A DNA stretch of 64,000 bases from Sphingomonadales bacterium (GTDB lineage Bacteria > Bacteroidota > Bacteroidia > NS11-12g > UBA955): assembly GCA_016872175.1 (NCBI GenBank), contig VHBA01000007.1:48-64047 (forward strand), read 5' to 3'. Shown piece by piece: positions 56,464-64,000 of this stretch; positions within the stretch are counted from its first letter, which is position 1; the number at the start of each line of letters is the position of its first letter. The notes beneath the pieces are model-generated. The model searched no databases. It saw nothing but the letters and a program-made list of their open reading frames with translations, and was not told the DNA's origin. Both the position numbers and the translations under genes were made by a program.

Positions 56464-59400
56464 TTATTTCAGGATTTTAACCATTTTCTCGGTGTGCATG
56501 GTCTGTCCATCACCTTTCACAACCACGGTGTAAGTTCCTTCAGACAGGTTGCCTGTATTCACTTTCAGGGTATTGTTGCCTGAGAGTTTACCTGCATTCT
56601 GCTGGGCCACCAGACGACCGGCCTGATCATAAACACTCAGTGTTACCTGTGTGGTTTTTGGTATGTTCATGTTCACGGCAAACTCAGCGTTGAATGGGTT
56701 TGGCTGTATGGTTACACTACCAGAATACTGCGTGCCTTTAACCTTAACCGGATAAAGCGTCAAACCGATGCCAAACTGACCCATTATGTTGATGCCATTA
56801 CGCTGTACATAGCCGGATGAAACGGTTCCTGCAATGTAGGTTGAGTTGGTTGCAGGTTTCACCCAGTCAGTAGCCAGTGTGCTGGAAGCAGGTCTGTTGA
56901 GTATAGAGAAGCTGTTATCTACCAATCCGGTTGTAAATGTGGCCTGGTTGTGGAACCACAATTTTAGGTCAAAATTACCGGAAGTAATTCCACCATTGGG
57001 TTCAAGGTACCAAACACCACCGTTACTTACACTGCCGTAAGGGTTTGAAGTGGCTGTTTCAACTACATTAAGGCCCACATCGTTACCTGGCTTGGGTCTG
57101 AAATGAGCGAGTACTGAAGATACACCGGCCACATTGTGGTTGATAAACTCGGCGTTGTTGCCTTCTGCAATGCTACCTACAGGGAAGTGATATGTGCTAT
57201 CTACAGCCTTGATGCTGCGTCGCAGGTTACCTGCAATCCAACCGCTGCGGAAGTTATTGTTTCCACCGATAGTAATTACCGCATTGGCATTGTCATTGGT
57301 CACATTCACTTCGTAAGATCCCGTAATCACAGAACCATTACCCAGCACAAGTGTACCGTTAACAGTTACATTGCCATTGAGGGTAACCTCACCAGGCAGG
57401 TTTATTTCCAGATCACGGGTTGTGAAACCATCAGCGGTTACAGCGCCACCCGAACGGAAGGCAACCACACCGGCTGATGTAAAGGTTCCGGACTTGGTAA
57501 ATGATCCGTTAAGGCTCAGGTTACCTGAAGAGGTAATGCTAAGATCTGCACCGCCATTAATAGTCAGGTTACGTGCTGCAGCAGTTGCAGTAATCACAGG
57601 CTGATTGGGTGTACCTGATGGTATTACCACATCCGTAGTAGCCGTTGGAATTCCGCCACACCAGTTGTCACTTTCATGCCAGCTGCTGTTTTTCACACCC
57701 ACCCATGTTCCGACAGGTGAATTCAGGATATTGATTGTCTTGGTTACAGAAGCACTGTTGAAGCAACGGTTTTCTGTTCTCAGTTCAATATCGCTGGTTG
57801 TGCTAAGGGTTACGGTTATTGAGTCACCGGTACCAATGGCCGTGAGTACGCCACCGTTGTTTATATACCACTTGCGGGATTCACCGTTGAGCAATGCAGG
57901 TCCGTTGGCATACAGTTTAACCGGAGTACCTGAGCATGCTTGGTTGTAATTGGCTGTAATAGCTACAGGAGCCGCCGGGGTGTGAATTACATCCACACGT
58001 ACAGATGCACATCCTGTGATTCCGCATGGACCTTCTGACCTCACAAAGTAAGTAGTGGTGTCGGTAGGAGATACAGATATGCTGGCTCCGGTTCCTACAG
58101 GAGTACCTCCGCAAGAGCCGCTATACCATGTCCAGCTTGCATCAGTACCCTGAACACCGCCACTTACAGAAAGTGTAGTGCTCTGGCCTTTGCAAATATT
58201 GGTGGTGCCGACAATGGCAGATGGAGCTGCCGGTGCTTGGCGCACGGTCATAGTAAATGATGCGCAGGCAGTTTGATTGCATCCACCAATACCCTTTATA
58301 TAGAACACATGAGTTCCAACACCAAGTGCCAATGGCGTGAGAACAATACTATCGCCTGAAACCATACCAACCTGACCTGGACTACCTGAGCAAGCTACAC
58401 GACTCCATGTCCATGAACCTCCAGGACTCAATGAGCCTCCGACACGTTTAAGTGTGAAGGGTGTATTGCCCGGACATACAGACAGCGGTCCTGAAATTGC
58501 GGTGGCAGGTTTGCTGCTATCAATAACGGTGAAGGTAATCGCAGCACATGGTGTAGTGTTGCAAGGTCCTTCAGCCCTTACATAGTAGGTATAAGAACCT
58601 GGGGCTGTTGGGGTAACGGTCAGACTTGGGCCTGTAGCTAATATAGTGCCTCCGCAGGTAGAGAACCATTTCCAGTTGGCCCTGTAACCCAAACGACCTC
58701 CATTGACTGTAAGGGTGCGTTTGTTGCCCAAACAGGTTGTAGAGAATTCATTGCTGTTAGACGCACGCACGCTGCTGTCAACAACAACAACTTTCTTAAT
58801 TACGCAGGCAGTAGTATTACATATACCATCAGCTTTCAGATAGAAGTAGTGTTCGCCACTGCCCATCTTAACTGATATATTATTGCCATTTCCAACCCAT
58901 GGAACCCCACTGCCACCACAAGCATTGCGATACCAGTTCCAGGTTGCGCCTGTACCTGTGATACCACCATTTCTGAAAAGATTAATGGCAACGCCTTCAC
59001 ATACAGTATCAGGACCATTGATGGACAGCGCTTTACCGGAGGTGTCGCGCATGGTAACGGTGAAGCTTCGGCAAATGGTATTATTACAGATTCCCTCGGC
59101 TCTTACAAAATAGGTGTATGTACCGGCAGTTGCAGGACTTACAGTAAGTGTGGTTACACCTGTTGCTACCGCAGTACCTCCACATGAACCTAAATACCAT
59201 TTCCAGGTTGCACCTGTGCCCAGGTAACCACCAGTCATTGCCAACGTAGTTTGCTGACCCTGACAAAGTGTTGATGTACCGGTTATGGCCGAAGGAGCCA
59301 CTGATGTATCGCGCACCGTAAAGGTAAAGCTTCTGCAAATGGTTGTATTACAAGTACCTTCTGCACGCACAAAGTATGTGTAAGTGCCAGCTACAGTCGG

Positions 59401-62400
59401 ATTCAGAACAAAGGTAGGTCCTGTATTGGCAACAGTTGTGAAACCACAGCTGCCCAGGTACCATTTCCAGCTGCCGCCGGTTCCAAGTGAACCGCCATTT
59501 ACAGACAAGGTTGTGGTTTGACCAACGCACAGGGTTGACAAAGTACCGCTAACACTGGTTGCAGGTACCGAAGTATCCCTAACTGTCAACTGGAATGATT
59601 GACAGATGGTATTGTTACACAATCCTTCAGCACGTGCAAAGTATGTGTATGTGCCTGGCGAAGGGGTTACTGTTATGGTAACACCGGTTCCTACCGCTGT
59701 TCCACCGCAGGTGCCTTCATACCATTTCCAGCTGGCGCCTGTACCCAAACTACCACCGATTAGTGTAAGCACTGAGCTTTGACCGCGGCAAATGGTTGAT
59801 GTACCTATAATTGATGTGGCAGGTGTTGATGTATCCCGTACTGTGATGCTGATGCTTCTGCAGATGGTTGTATTACAAGTACCTTCGGCACGAACATAAT
59901 AGGTGTAAGAACCTGGAGCCAAATTGGTAAGTGTAAGGCTGCTGCCGGTTCCTGAGAAGGATCCCAGGCAACTTCCCTGATACCATTTCCACGATGCTCC
60001 ATGACCCAATGAACCACCTACAACACTTAGGATAGTGCTCTGGCCTTTGCAGAGGGTTGTTGTTCCGCTAACGCTAGTTGCAGGTACTGAAGTATCTCTA
60101 ACTGTCAAACTAACACTTAAGCAGGCTGAGTTTCCGCAGTTGCCTTCAGCACGAACGTAATAAGTATAAGTTCCTGCAATCGTTGGGGTTACAGTCAGTG
60201 TAGTTCCTGTACCCGCACTGCCAACACCACAACTGCTGTTGTACCACTTCCACGAAGCGCCTGTTCCCAGTGTGCCACCAATAAGGGTGAAGGTGTTGCT
60301 TTGTCCACGGCAAATGGTAGTATTACCACTGATGAACAAGCCCGGTACCGAAGTATCCTGAACGGTTACATTTACGCTGCGGCAAATGGTATTGTTGCAT
60401 GAACTTTCTGCGCGCACAAAATAGGTTGTATTGGATGAAGGGCTTACAGAAATACTGCTGCCCGTTCCGATGGGTGTTCCACCGCATGAGCCACTGTACC
60501 ATTTCCAGCTGGCTGCGTTTCCAAGATAGCCTCCATTTACACTTAAGGTAGTAGATGAGCCTTTACAAACAGTCGAGGTGCCGGTTATTGAAGTGGCCGG
60601 TTTAGAAGTATCACGTACTGTAACTATAACACTCTTGCAAGGTGAGTTTTTACATGTACCTTCTGCACGAACAAAGTAGGTTGTGGTTGTAGCAGGCGAA
60701 ACCGCAAGGCTACTGCCTGTTCCAACGGATGTACCACCACATGAACCGCTGTACCATTTCCAAGAAGCTCCCGATGCAAGGCTGCCACCATTGGTGATCA
60801 GGGTAGTTGAGGTTCCCTGGCAGATGGTTGTAGTTCCTGAAATGCTTACAACGGGTTGTGAAGTATCCCTCACAGTAAGTACCACTGTTTTACAGATAGT
60901 ATTACCACAAGTAGCTTCAGCACGCACATAATAAGTGGTTGCACCTAGTGTTCCCGGACTAACAGAAATGCTGGATCCGGTTCCGGCAGAAGCTACCCCA
61001 CAGGCAGTAGTATACCACTTCCAGGAACCATTTGAGCCTGTCTGACCGCCACTCACAGATAATGTGGACGTTTCCCCAACACAAATGGTAGCAGGTGAAG
61101 CTGTTACTGATGAAGGTGCTATACCTGTATCATTAATGGTAATTGTTTTAGAAATACATACTGTGCTATTACAGCCACCCGTTGCTTTCAGGTAAATAGT
61201 ATGTGTTCCCGTTCCAAGCGAAGCTGTGGTTAATGACAGTGAATCACCGGAGCCAAGTCCTACCTGTCCTGAGCTGCCAAGACAGGCAACACGGGTCCAC
61301 GTCCAGGTAGCTCCCTGGCTAAGATTTCCGCCTACAGGTTTAAATACCATAGGTGTGCTGCGCTGACAAATTGCTGTTGGTCCTGAGATGCTGGTTGCGG
61401 TCTTGCTTGAATCCTGAACTTTGAATTTATGAACTGCACATACTGTTGTATTGCAATATCCTTCTGCCCTTCTGTAGAATGTGTATACGCCGGGAGAAGC
61501 CGGGGTAACTGTTAATGTATTGCCTGAACCCATTAAGGTTCCACCACAGGAGCCACTGTACCATTTCCAAGCTGTTGCACCAAATCCCAAAGTACCGGTA
61601 CTTGCATTCATTGTTACAGGTTTTGCCAAACAGAACAATCCGGCCATACTATCATTATTGGGTCTTACACTGGTATCTCGGATATAAACATTTTTTATAG
61701 CACATTTAGGCTGATTACATAAACCACCGGTTGCAGTCAGATAAATGTAATTCCAGCCATTGCTTAACTGAATTGAAATAGAATCACCTGAACCCAGCCA
61801 AGGAATTCCAGTTGTTGCACAACCATCTCTGTACCAATTCCATGTTGATCCTGGACTTAATTTGCCACCAACACGTTTGAGTTTAACTTTAACACCTTGA
61901 CAGCCTGAATCAATGGAGGATATAGAAGTTGCAGGTATTGCTGTATCACGAACAGTTATGGTTACAGATTTACAAAGGGTTGTATTACAAGTTCCCTCTG
62001 CCCTGCCGTAAACGGTAACCGTGCCGGCTACAGGAGGGCCCCATGTTAATGGAGACCCCGTTCCGATGGAGGTACCGCCACAAGAACCACTGTACCATTT
62101 CCAGCTGGCAGCATGACCCAAACTTCCGCCATTGGCTGTCAAGGTTATGGTTTGTCCCAGGCAGATGGTTGATACACTGGTCGAAACTGTTGAGGCCGGG
62201 ATGCTCGTATCTCTTACAGTTAAGGTAAAGGATTTACATACCGTATTATTACAAGTACCTTCAGCACGCAGATAATAAGTATATGTACCTGCTGATGCCG
62301 GTGAGGCCACGTAGCTGGTACCAGTTGCAATAGAAGATCCTCCACAGCTGCCCAAATACCATTTCCAGCTAGCACCTGCACCCAGTTTACCGCCGCTGAA

Positions 62401-63627
62401 AGTGAGCGTGCTGCTCTGGCCCAGGCAAATCGTGGAGGTGCCACTTATGCTTGTAGCAGGTACTGAGGTATCACTGATGGTTAATGTTGTGCTCACACAA
62501 TTAGTAGCATTGCATCCATTGGTTCCTTTGACAAAAATTGTATGCGTTCCAACGCCGAGGGCTGCAGTAGTCAATACGAGTGAATCACCCGATCCAAGAC
62601 CGACCTGTCCTGCCCCTCCGGTACAAGCCACTCGGCTCCATGTCCATGAACCCGGCGAGCTAATATTTCCTCCCACGGGTTTATAAATCAATGAGGCTGA
62701 TCGCTCACATACAGCTGTTGGGCCGCTAATGGAAGTAGCGGGTTTGCTGGTATCCTGAACCCTAAACTTATACACTGCACAAACCGTGGTATTACAGGTG
62801 CCTTCAGCTCTTCTGTAATAGGTGTAGACTCCAGGAGATGTTGGTGTGACAGTTAATGTATTGCCCGTTCCTACAAGGGTTCCACCGCATGATCCGCTGT
62901 ACCATTTCCATGCTGTTGCACCAAATCCCAAAGTACCGGTATTTGCATACATTGTTACTGGTTTAGCGATGCAAAGCAAACCAGTCAAGCTGTCATTGCT
63001 GGGCCTAACGCTGGAATCGCGTATAAATATGTTTTTGGTTATGCAAACAGTATTGTTGCATTGTCCTTCGGCTCTTAGGTAAATTGTGTTGAGGCCAAGG
63101 TTACAAAAAACATTGATTGAATCACCGTTACCCAACGCAGGGGTACCTGAGCCGCCGCACGCATTCCGATACCAACTCCATTGTGCACTTGTGCCCAATG
63201 TTCCACCGGATCTCTTGAACTTCACTTTAACCCCCAAACAACCACTATCTGCCGAAACAATAGAAGTTGCAGGCAGGCTGGAATCTCCGACAATTACCGT
63301 ATATGAAGCACAAACGGTATTCCCACAACCATCCTCCGCACGAACATAGTAGTATGTGGTTGATGTTGGTGAAACCGATATGGAAGAGCCTGTGCCGATG
63401 GATGTACCGGCACCACAACCACCTGAGTACCATTTGAAGCTGCCACCGCCGGGAAGGCTGCCGCCCACCTGGGTTAAGGTTGTTGAATTGCCTGATTTTA
63501 AGCAACCGGCAACTGAAGAAGTAACGCCGGTAGGTGCTGTTGCACACTGGGCATTGAGTTCAATTGCACCAAGGCTGATAATGATTCCTAAGGCAAATCT
63601 CTTGATAGAGCTGTAAGCGTTTTTCAT
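56464..63627 (-). CDS. Giant (2,387 aa) repeat-rich secreted protein with a T9SS type-A C-terminal sorting domain
   Basis: A single ORF with signal peptide MKNAYSSIKRFALGIIISLGAIELNAQ. It has 22 Cys-containing repeats, a beta-helix-like region of about 330 aa, and then the C-terminal domain. Confidence 0.9.
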   Translation of the reverse strand: MKNAYSSIKRFALGIIISLGAIELNAQCATAPTGVTSSVAGCLKSGNSTTLTQVGGSLPGGGSFKWYSGGCGAGTSIGTGSSISVSPTSTTYYYVRAEDGCGNTVCASYTVIVGDSSLPATSIVSADSGCLGVKVKFKRSGGTLGTSAQWSWYRNACGGSGTPALGNGDSINVFCNLGLNTIYLRAEGQCNNTVCITKNIFIRDSSVRPSNDSLTGLLCIAKPVTMYANTGTLGFGATAWKWYSGSCGGTLVGTGNTLTVTPTSPGVYTYYRRAEGTCNTTVCAVYKFRVQDTSKPATSISGPTAVCERSASLIYKPVGGNISSPGSWTWSRVACTGGAGQVGLGSGDSLVLTTAALGVGTHTIFVKGTNGCNATNCVSTTLTISDTSVPATSISGTSTICLGQSSTLTFSGGKLGAGASWKWYLGSCGGSSIATGTSYVASPASAGTYTYYLRAEGTCNNTVCKSFTLTVRDTSIPASTVSTSVSTICLGQTITLTANGGSLGHAASWKWYSGSCGGTSIGTGSPLTWGPPVAGTVTVYGRAEGTCNTTLCKSVTITVRDTAIPATSISSIDSGCQGVKVKLKRVGGKLSPGSTWNWYRDGCATTGIPWLGSGDSISIQLSNGWNYIYLTATGGLCNQPKCAIKNVYIRDTSVRPNNDSMAGLFCLAKPVTMNASTGTLGFGATAWKWYSGSCGGTLMGSGNTLTVTPASPGVYTFYRRAEGYCNTTVCAVHKFKVQDSSKTATSISGPTAICQRSTPMVFKPVGGNLSQGATWTWTRVACLGSSGQVGLGSGDSLSLTTASLGTGTHTIYLKATGGCNSTVCISKTITINDTGIAPSSVTASPATICVGETSTLSVSGGQTGSNGSWKWYTTACGVASAGTGSSISVSPGTLGATTYYVRAEATCGNTICKTVVLTVRDTSQPVVSISGTTTICQGTSTTLITNGGSLASGASWKWYSGSCGGTSVGTGSSLAVSPATTTTYFVRAEGTCKNSPCKSVIVTVRDTSKPATSITGTSTVCKGSSTTLSVNGGYLGNAASWKWYSGSCGGTPIGTGSSISVSPSSNTTYFVRAESSCNNTICRSVNVTVQDTSVPGLFISGNTTICRGQSNTFTLIGGTLGTGASWKWYNSSCGVGSAGTGTTLTVTPTIAGTYTYYVRAEGNCGNSACLSVSLTVRDTSVPATSVSGTTTLCKGQSTILSVVGGSLGHGASWKWYQGSCLGSFSGTGSSLTLTNLAPGSYTYYVRAEGTCNTTICRSISITVRDTSTPATSIIGTSTICRGQSSVLTLIGGSLGTGASWKWYEGTCGGTAVGTGVTITVTPSPGTYTYFARAEGLCNNTICQSFQLTVRDTSVPATSVSGTLSTLCVGQTTTLSVNGGSLGTGGSWKWYLGSCGFTTVANTGPTFVLNPTVAGTYTYFVRAEGTCNTTICRSFTFTVRDTSVAPSAITGTSTLCQGQQTTLAMTGGYLGTGATWKWYLGSCGGTAVATGVTTLTVSPATAGTYTYFVRAEGICNNTICRSFTVTMRDTSGKALSINGPDTVCEGVAINLFRNGGITGTGATWNWYRNACGGSGVPWVGNGNNISVKMGSGEHYFYLKADGICNTTACVIKKVVVVDSSVRASNSNEFSTTCLGNKRTLTVNGGRLGYRANWKWFSTCGGTILATGPSLTVTPTAPGSYTYYVRAEGPCNTTPCAAITFTVIDSSKPATAISGPLSVCPGNTPFTLKRVGGSLSPGGSWTWSRVACSGSPGQVGMVSGDSIVLTPLALGVGTHVFYIKGIGGCNQTACASFTMTVRQAPAAPSAIVGTTNICKGQSTTLSVSGGVQGTDASWTWYSGSCGGTPVGTGASISVSPTDTTTYFVRSEGPCGITGCASVRVDVIHTPAAPVAITANYNQACSGTPVKLYANGPALLNGESRKWYINNGGVLTAIGTGDSITVTLSTTSDIELRTENRCFNSASVTKTINILNSPVGTWVGVKNSSWHESDNWCGGIPTATTDVVIPSGTPNQPVITATAAARNLTINGGADLSITSSGNLSLNGSFTKSGTFTSAGVVAFRSGGAVTADGFTTRDLEINLPGEVTLNGNVTVNGTLVLGNGSVITGSYEVNVTNDNANAVITIGGNNNFRSGWIAGNLRRSIKAVDSTYHFPVGSIAEGNNAEFINHNVAGVSSVLAHFRPKPGNDVGLNVVETATSNPYGSVSNGGVWYLEPNGGITSGNFDLKLWFHNQATFTTGLVDNSFSILNRPASSTLATDWVKPATNSTYIAGTVSSGYVQRNGINIMGQFGIGLTLYPVKVKGTQYSGSVTIQPNPFNAEFAVNMNIPKTTQVTLSVYDQAGRLVAQQNAGKLSGNNTLKVNTGNLSEGTYTVVVKGDGQTMHTEKMVKILK
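56467..56724 (-). other. T9SS type-A (Por secretion system) C-terminal sorting domain
   Basis: 'VTIQPNPFNAEFAVNMNIPKTTQVTLSVYDQAGRLVAQQNAGKLSGNNTLKVNTGNLSEGTYTVVVKGDGQTMHTEKMVKILK' matches the '..yPNP......i......v.l.vyD..Gr.v.......g.n...v....l..G.Y.v.v' pattern. Confidence 0.85.
57715..63546 (-). repeat. 22 tandem units of about 88-92 aa, each with four cysteines, with a higher-order B-C-D-A-A organisation (protein and DNA level)
   Basis: The A-type consensus is 'PATSISGTSTIC.GQSTTL...GGSLG.GASWKWY.GSCGGT.VGTGSSL.V.P...GTYTY[YF]VRAEGTCN.T.C.S...TVRDTS'. The variant B ('GC.GVKVK.KR.GG'), C ('C.AKPVTM.A.TGTLGFGATAWKWY') and D ('.C.RS....KPVGGN.S.G..WTW.RVAC') units recur together three times. 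Confidence 0.9.
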
Positions 63628-64000
63628 CTAATGAAAGTCAATTTGGTTGTAAAAATGGCCCAAATTTTCTTAATAACCAAATTTTATGTGTGAAATGTTG
63701 TGGATAAATAGGTTAACCCCATGATTCGAAGCATGATATTTGTGCAGTATTGCAACTAAAATTCAAGATTTAAACTAATTTTTAAATCCATTAATCATTT
63801 GATAAAAAATTATTTTTAAAAATTAATATAAAAATAAAATCCGCTCCGGGCGGTTTTATAGGTTTATTTTTGAAATTAAATGTTATAATATTTTGGCCAT
63901 AAAAAGTATGTATTCTGAACGCAATTTGTTAAATATTTTTTGAAAAGTTTGTATGCCGTCTTTCAGTCGAAAATTTTCTTCCAACTTTATGTGCTCCACC

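Noticed and set aside
56846-63616. A series of + strand ORFs of 60-114 aa antisense to the 2,387-aa gene, for example 57136-57477, 57605-57949, 61481-61687 and 62846-63082.
   Set aside because: They are antisense artefacts of a long repeat-rich gene. Their mutual similarity only mirrors the sense-strand repeat structure, and I used that as supporting evidence for the super-repeat.
63900-64000. A possible gene start (ATG at 63953, MPSFSRKFSSNFMCST...) or a minus-strand gene end at the right edge.
   Set aside because: There is too little sequence (fewer than 20 codons) to support either a coding call or a frame.
1-64000. Screen for tRNA, rRNA, tmRNA, transposase, integrase, toxin-antitoxin, restriction-modification or other defence genes.
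   Set aside because: None of the translated ORFs shows the corresponding hallmark motifs, and no intergenic region is long or structured enough to hold an RNA gene that I can recognise by eye. This absence is stated with moderate confidence only, because I could run no covariance-model search.

Overview
This is a roughly 64 kb chromosomal segment that looks like Bacteroidota, probably Chitinophagia, Sphingobacteriia or Cytophagia. That placement is inferred from gene content only: T9SS C-terminal sorting domains, DUF1573 proteins, TAnnTTTG promoter-like boxes, BshA and a GGGPS-family prenyltransferase. I could not run any database search.

I can support about 45 protein-coding genes. I see no rRNA or tRNA genes, no CRISPR array, and no transposase, integrase or phage genes.

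Most of the window is housekeeping:
- Translation and DNA metabolism: nrdJ (class II RNR), proS, leuS, recQ, nth, obg, tadA.
- Envelope and cofactor functions: lptB, lplA-like, kpsF, a manC-like gene, bshA.
- Chaperones and stress: SurA/PpiD-like parvulins and a MoxR ATPase.
- Others: an M1 aminopeptidase, a polyprenyl diphosphate synthase and a TonB-dependent receptor.

Two giant repeat-rich predicted T9SS cargo genes take up nearly a third of the window:
- A 4,180-codon gene (9051-21593, + strand) ends in a type-B (CHU_C/SprB-like) C-terminal domain. It contains 7 SBBP-like blades, 15 Ig-like units, 3 PKD-like units, 8 SprB-type repeats and a central array of twelve 97/98-codon tandem repeats. 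That array carries long identical DNA tracts shared between non-adjacent copies.
- A 2,387-codon gene (56464-63627, - strand) ends in a type-A C-terminal domain. It has 22 four-cysteine repeat units organised as a five-unit super-repeat.

The candidates for undescribed biology are all hypotheses:
1. A four-gene operon that couples a GGGPS/PcrB-family prenyltransferase to three uncharacterised membrane proteins, two of them tandem paralogues with an internal motif-plus-TM duplication.
2. A two-gene cassette of an extreme low-complexity Met/Trp/Asn/Gly/Ser-rich lipoprotein and a FadL-like outer-membrane barrel.
3. The recombining repeat arrays inside the two giant adhesin-like genes.
4. An NrtR/AraR-like Nudix regulator with a perfect palindromic operator, translationally coupled to a glycoside hydrolase.
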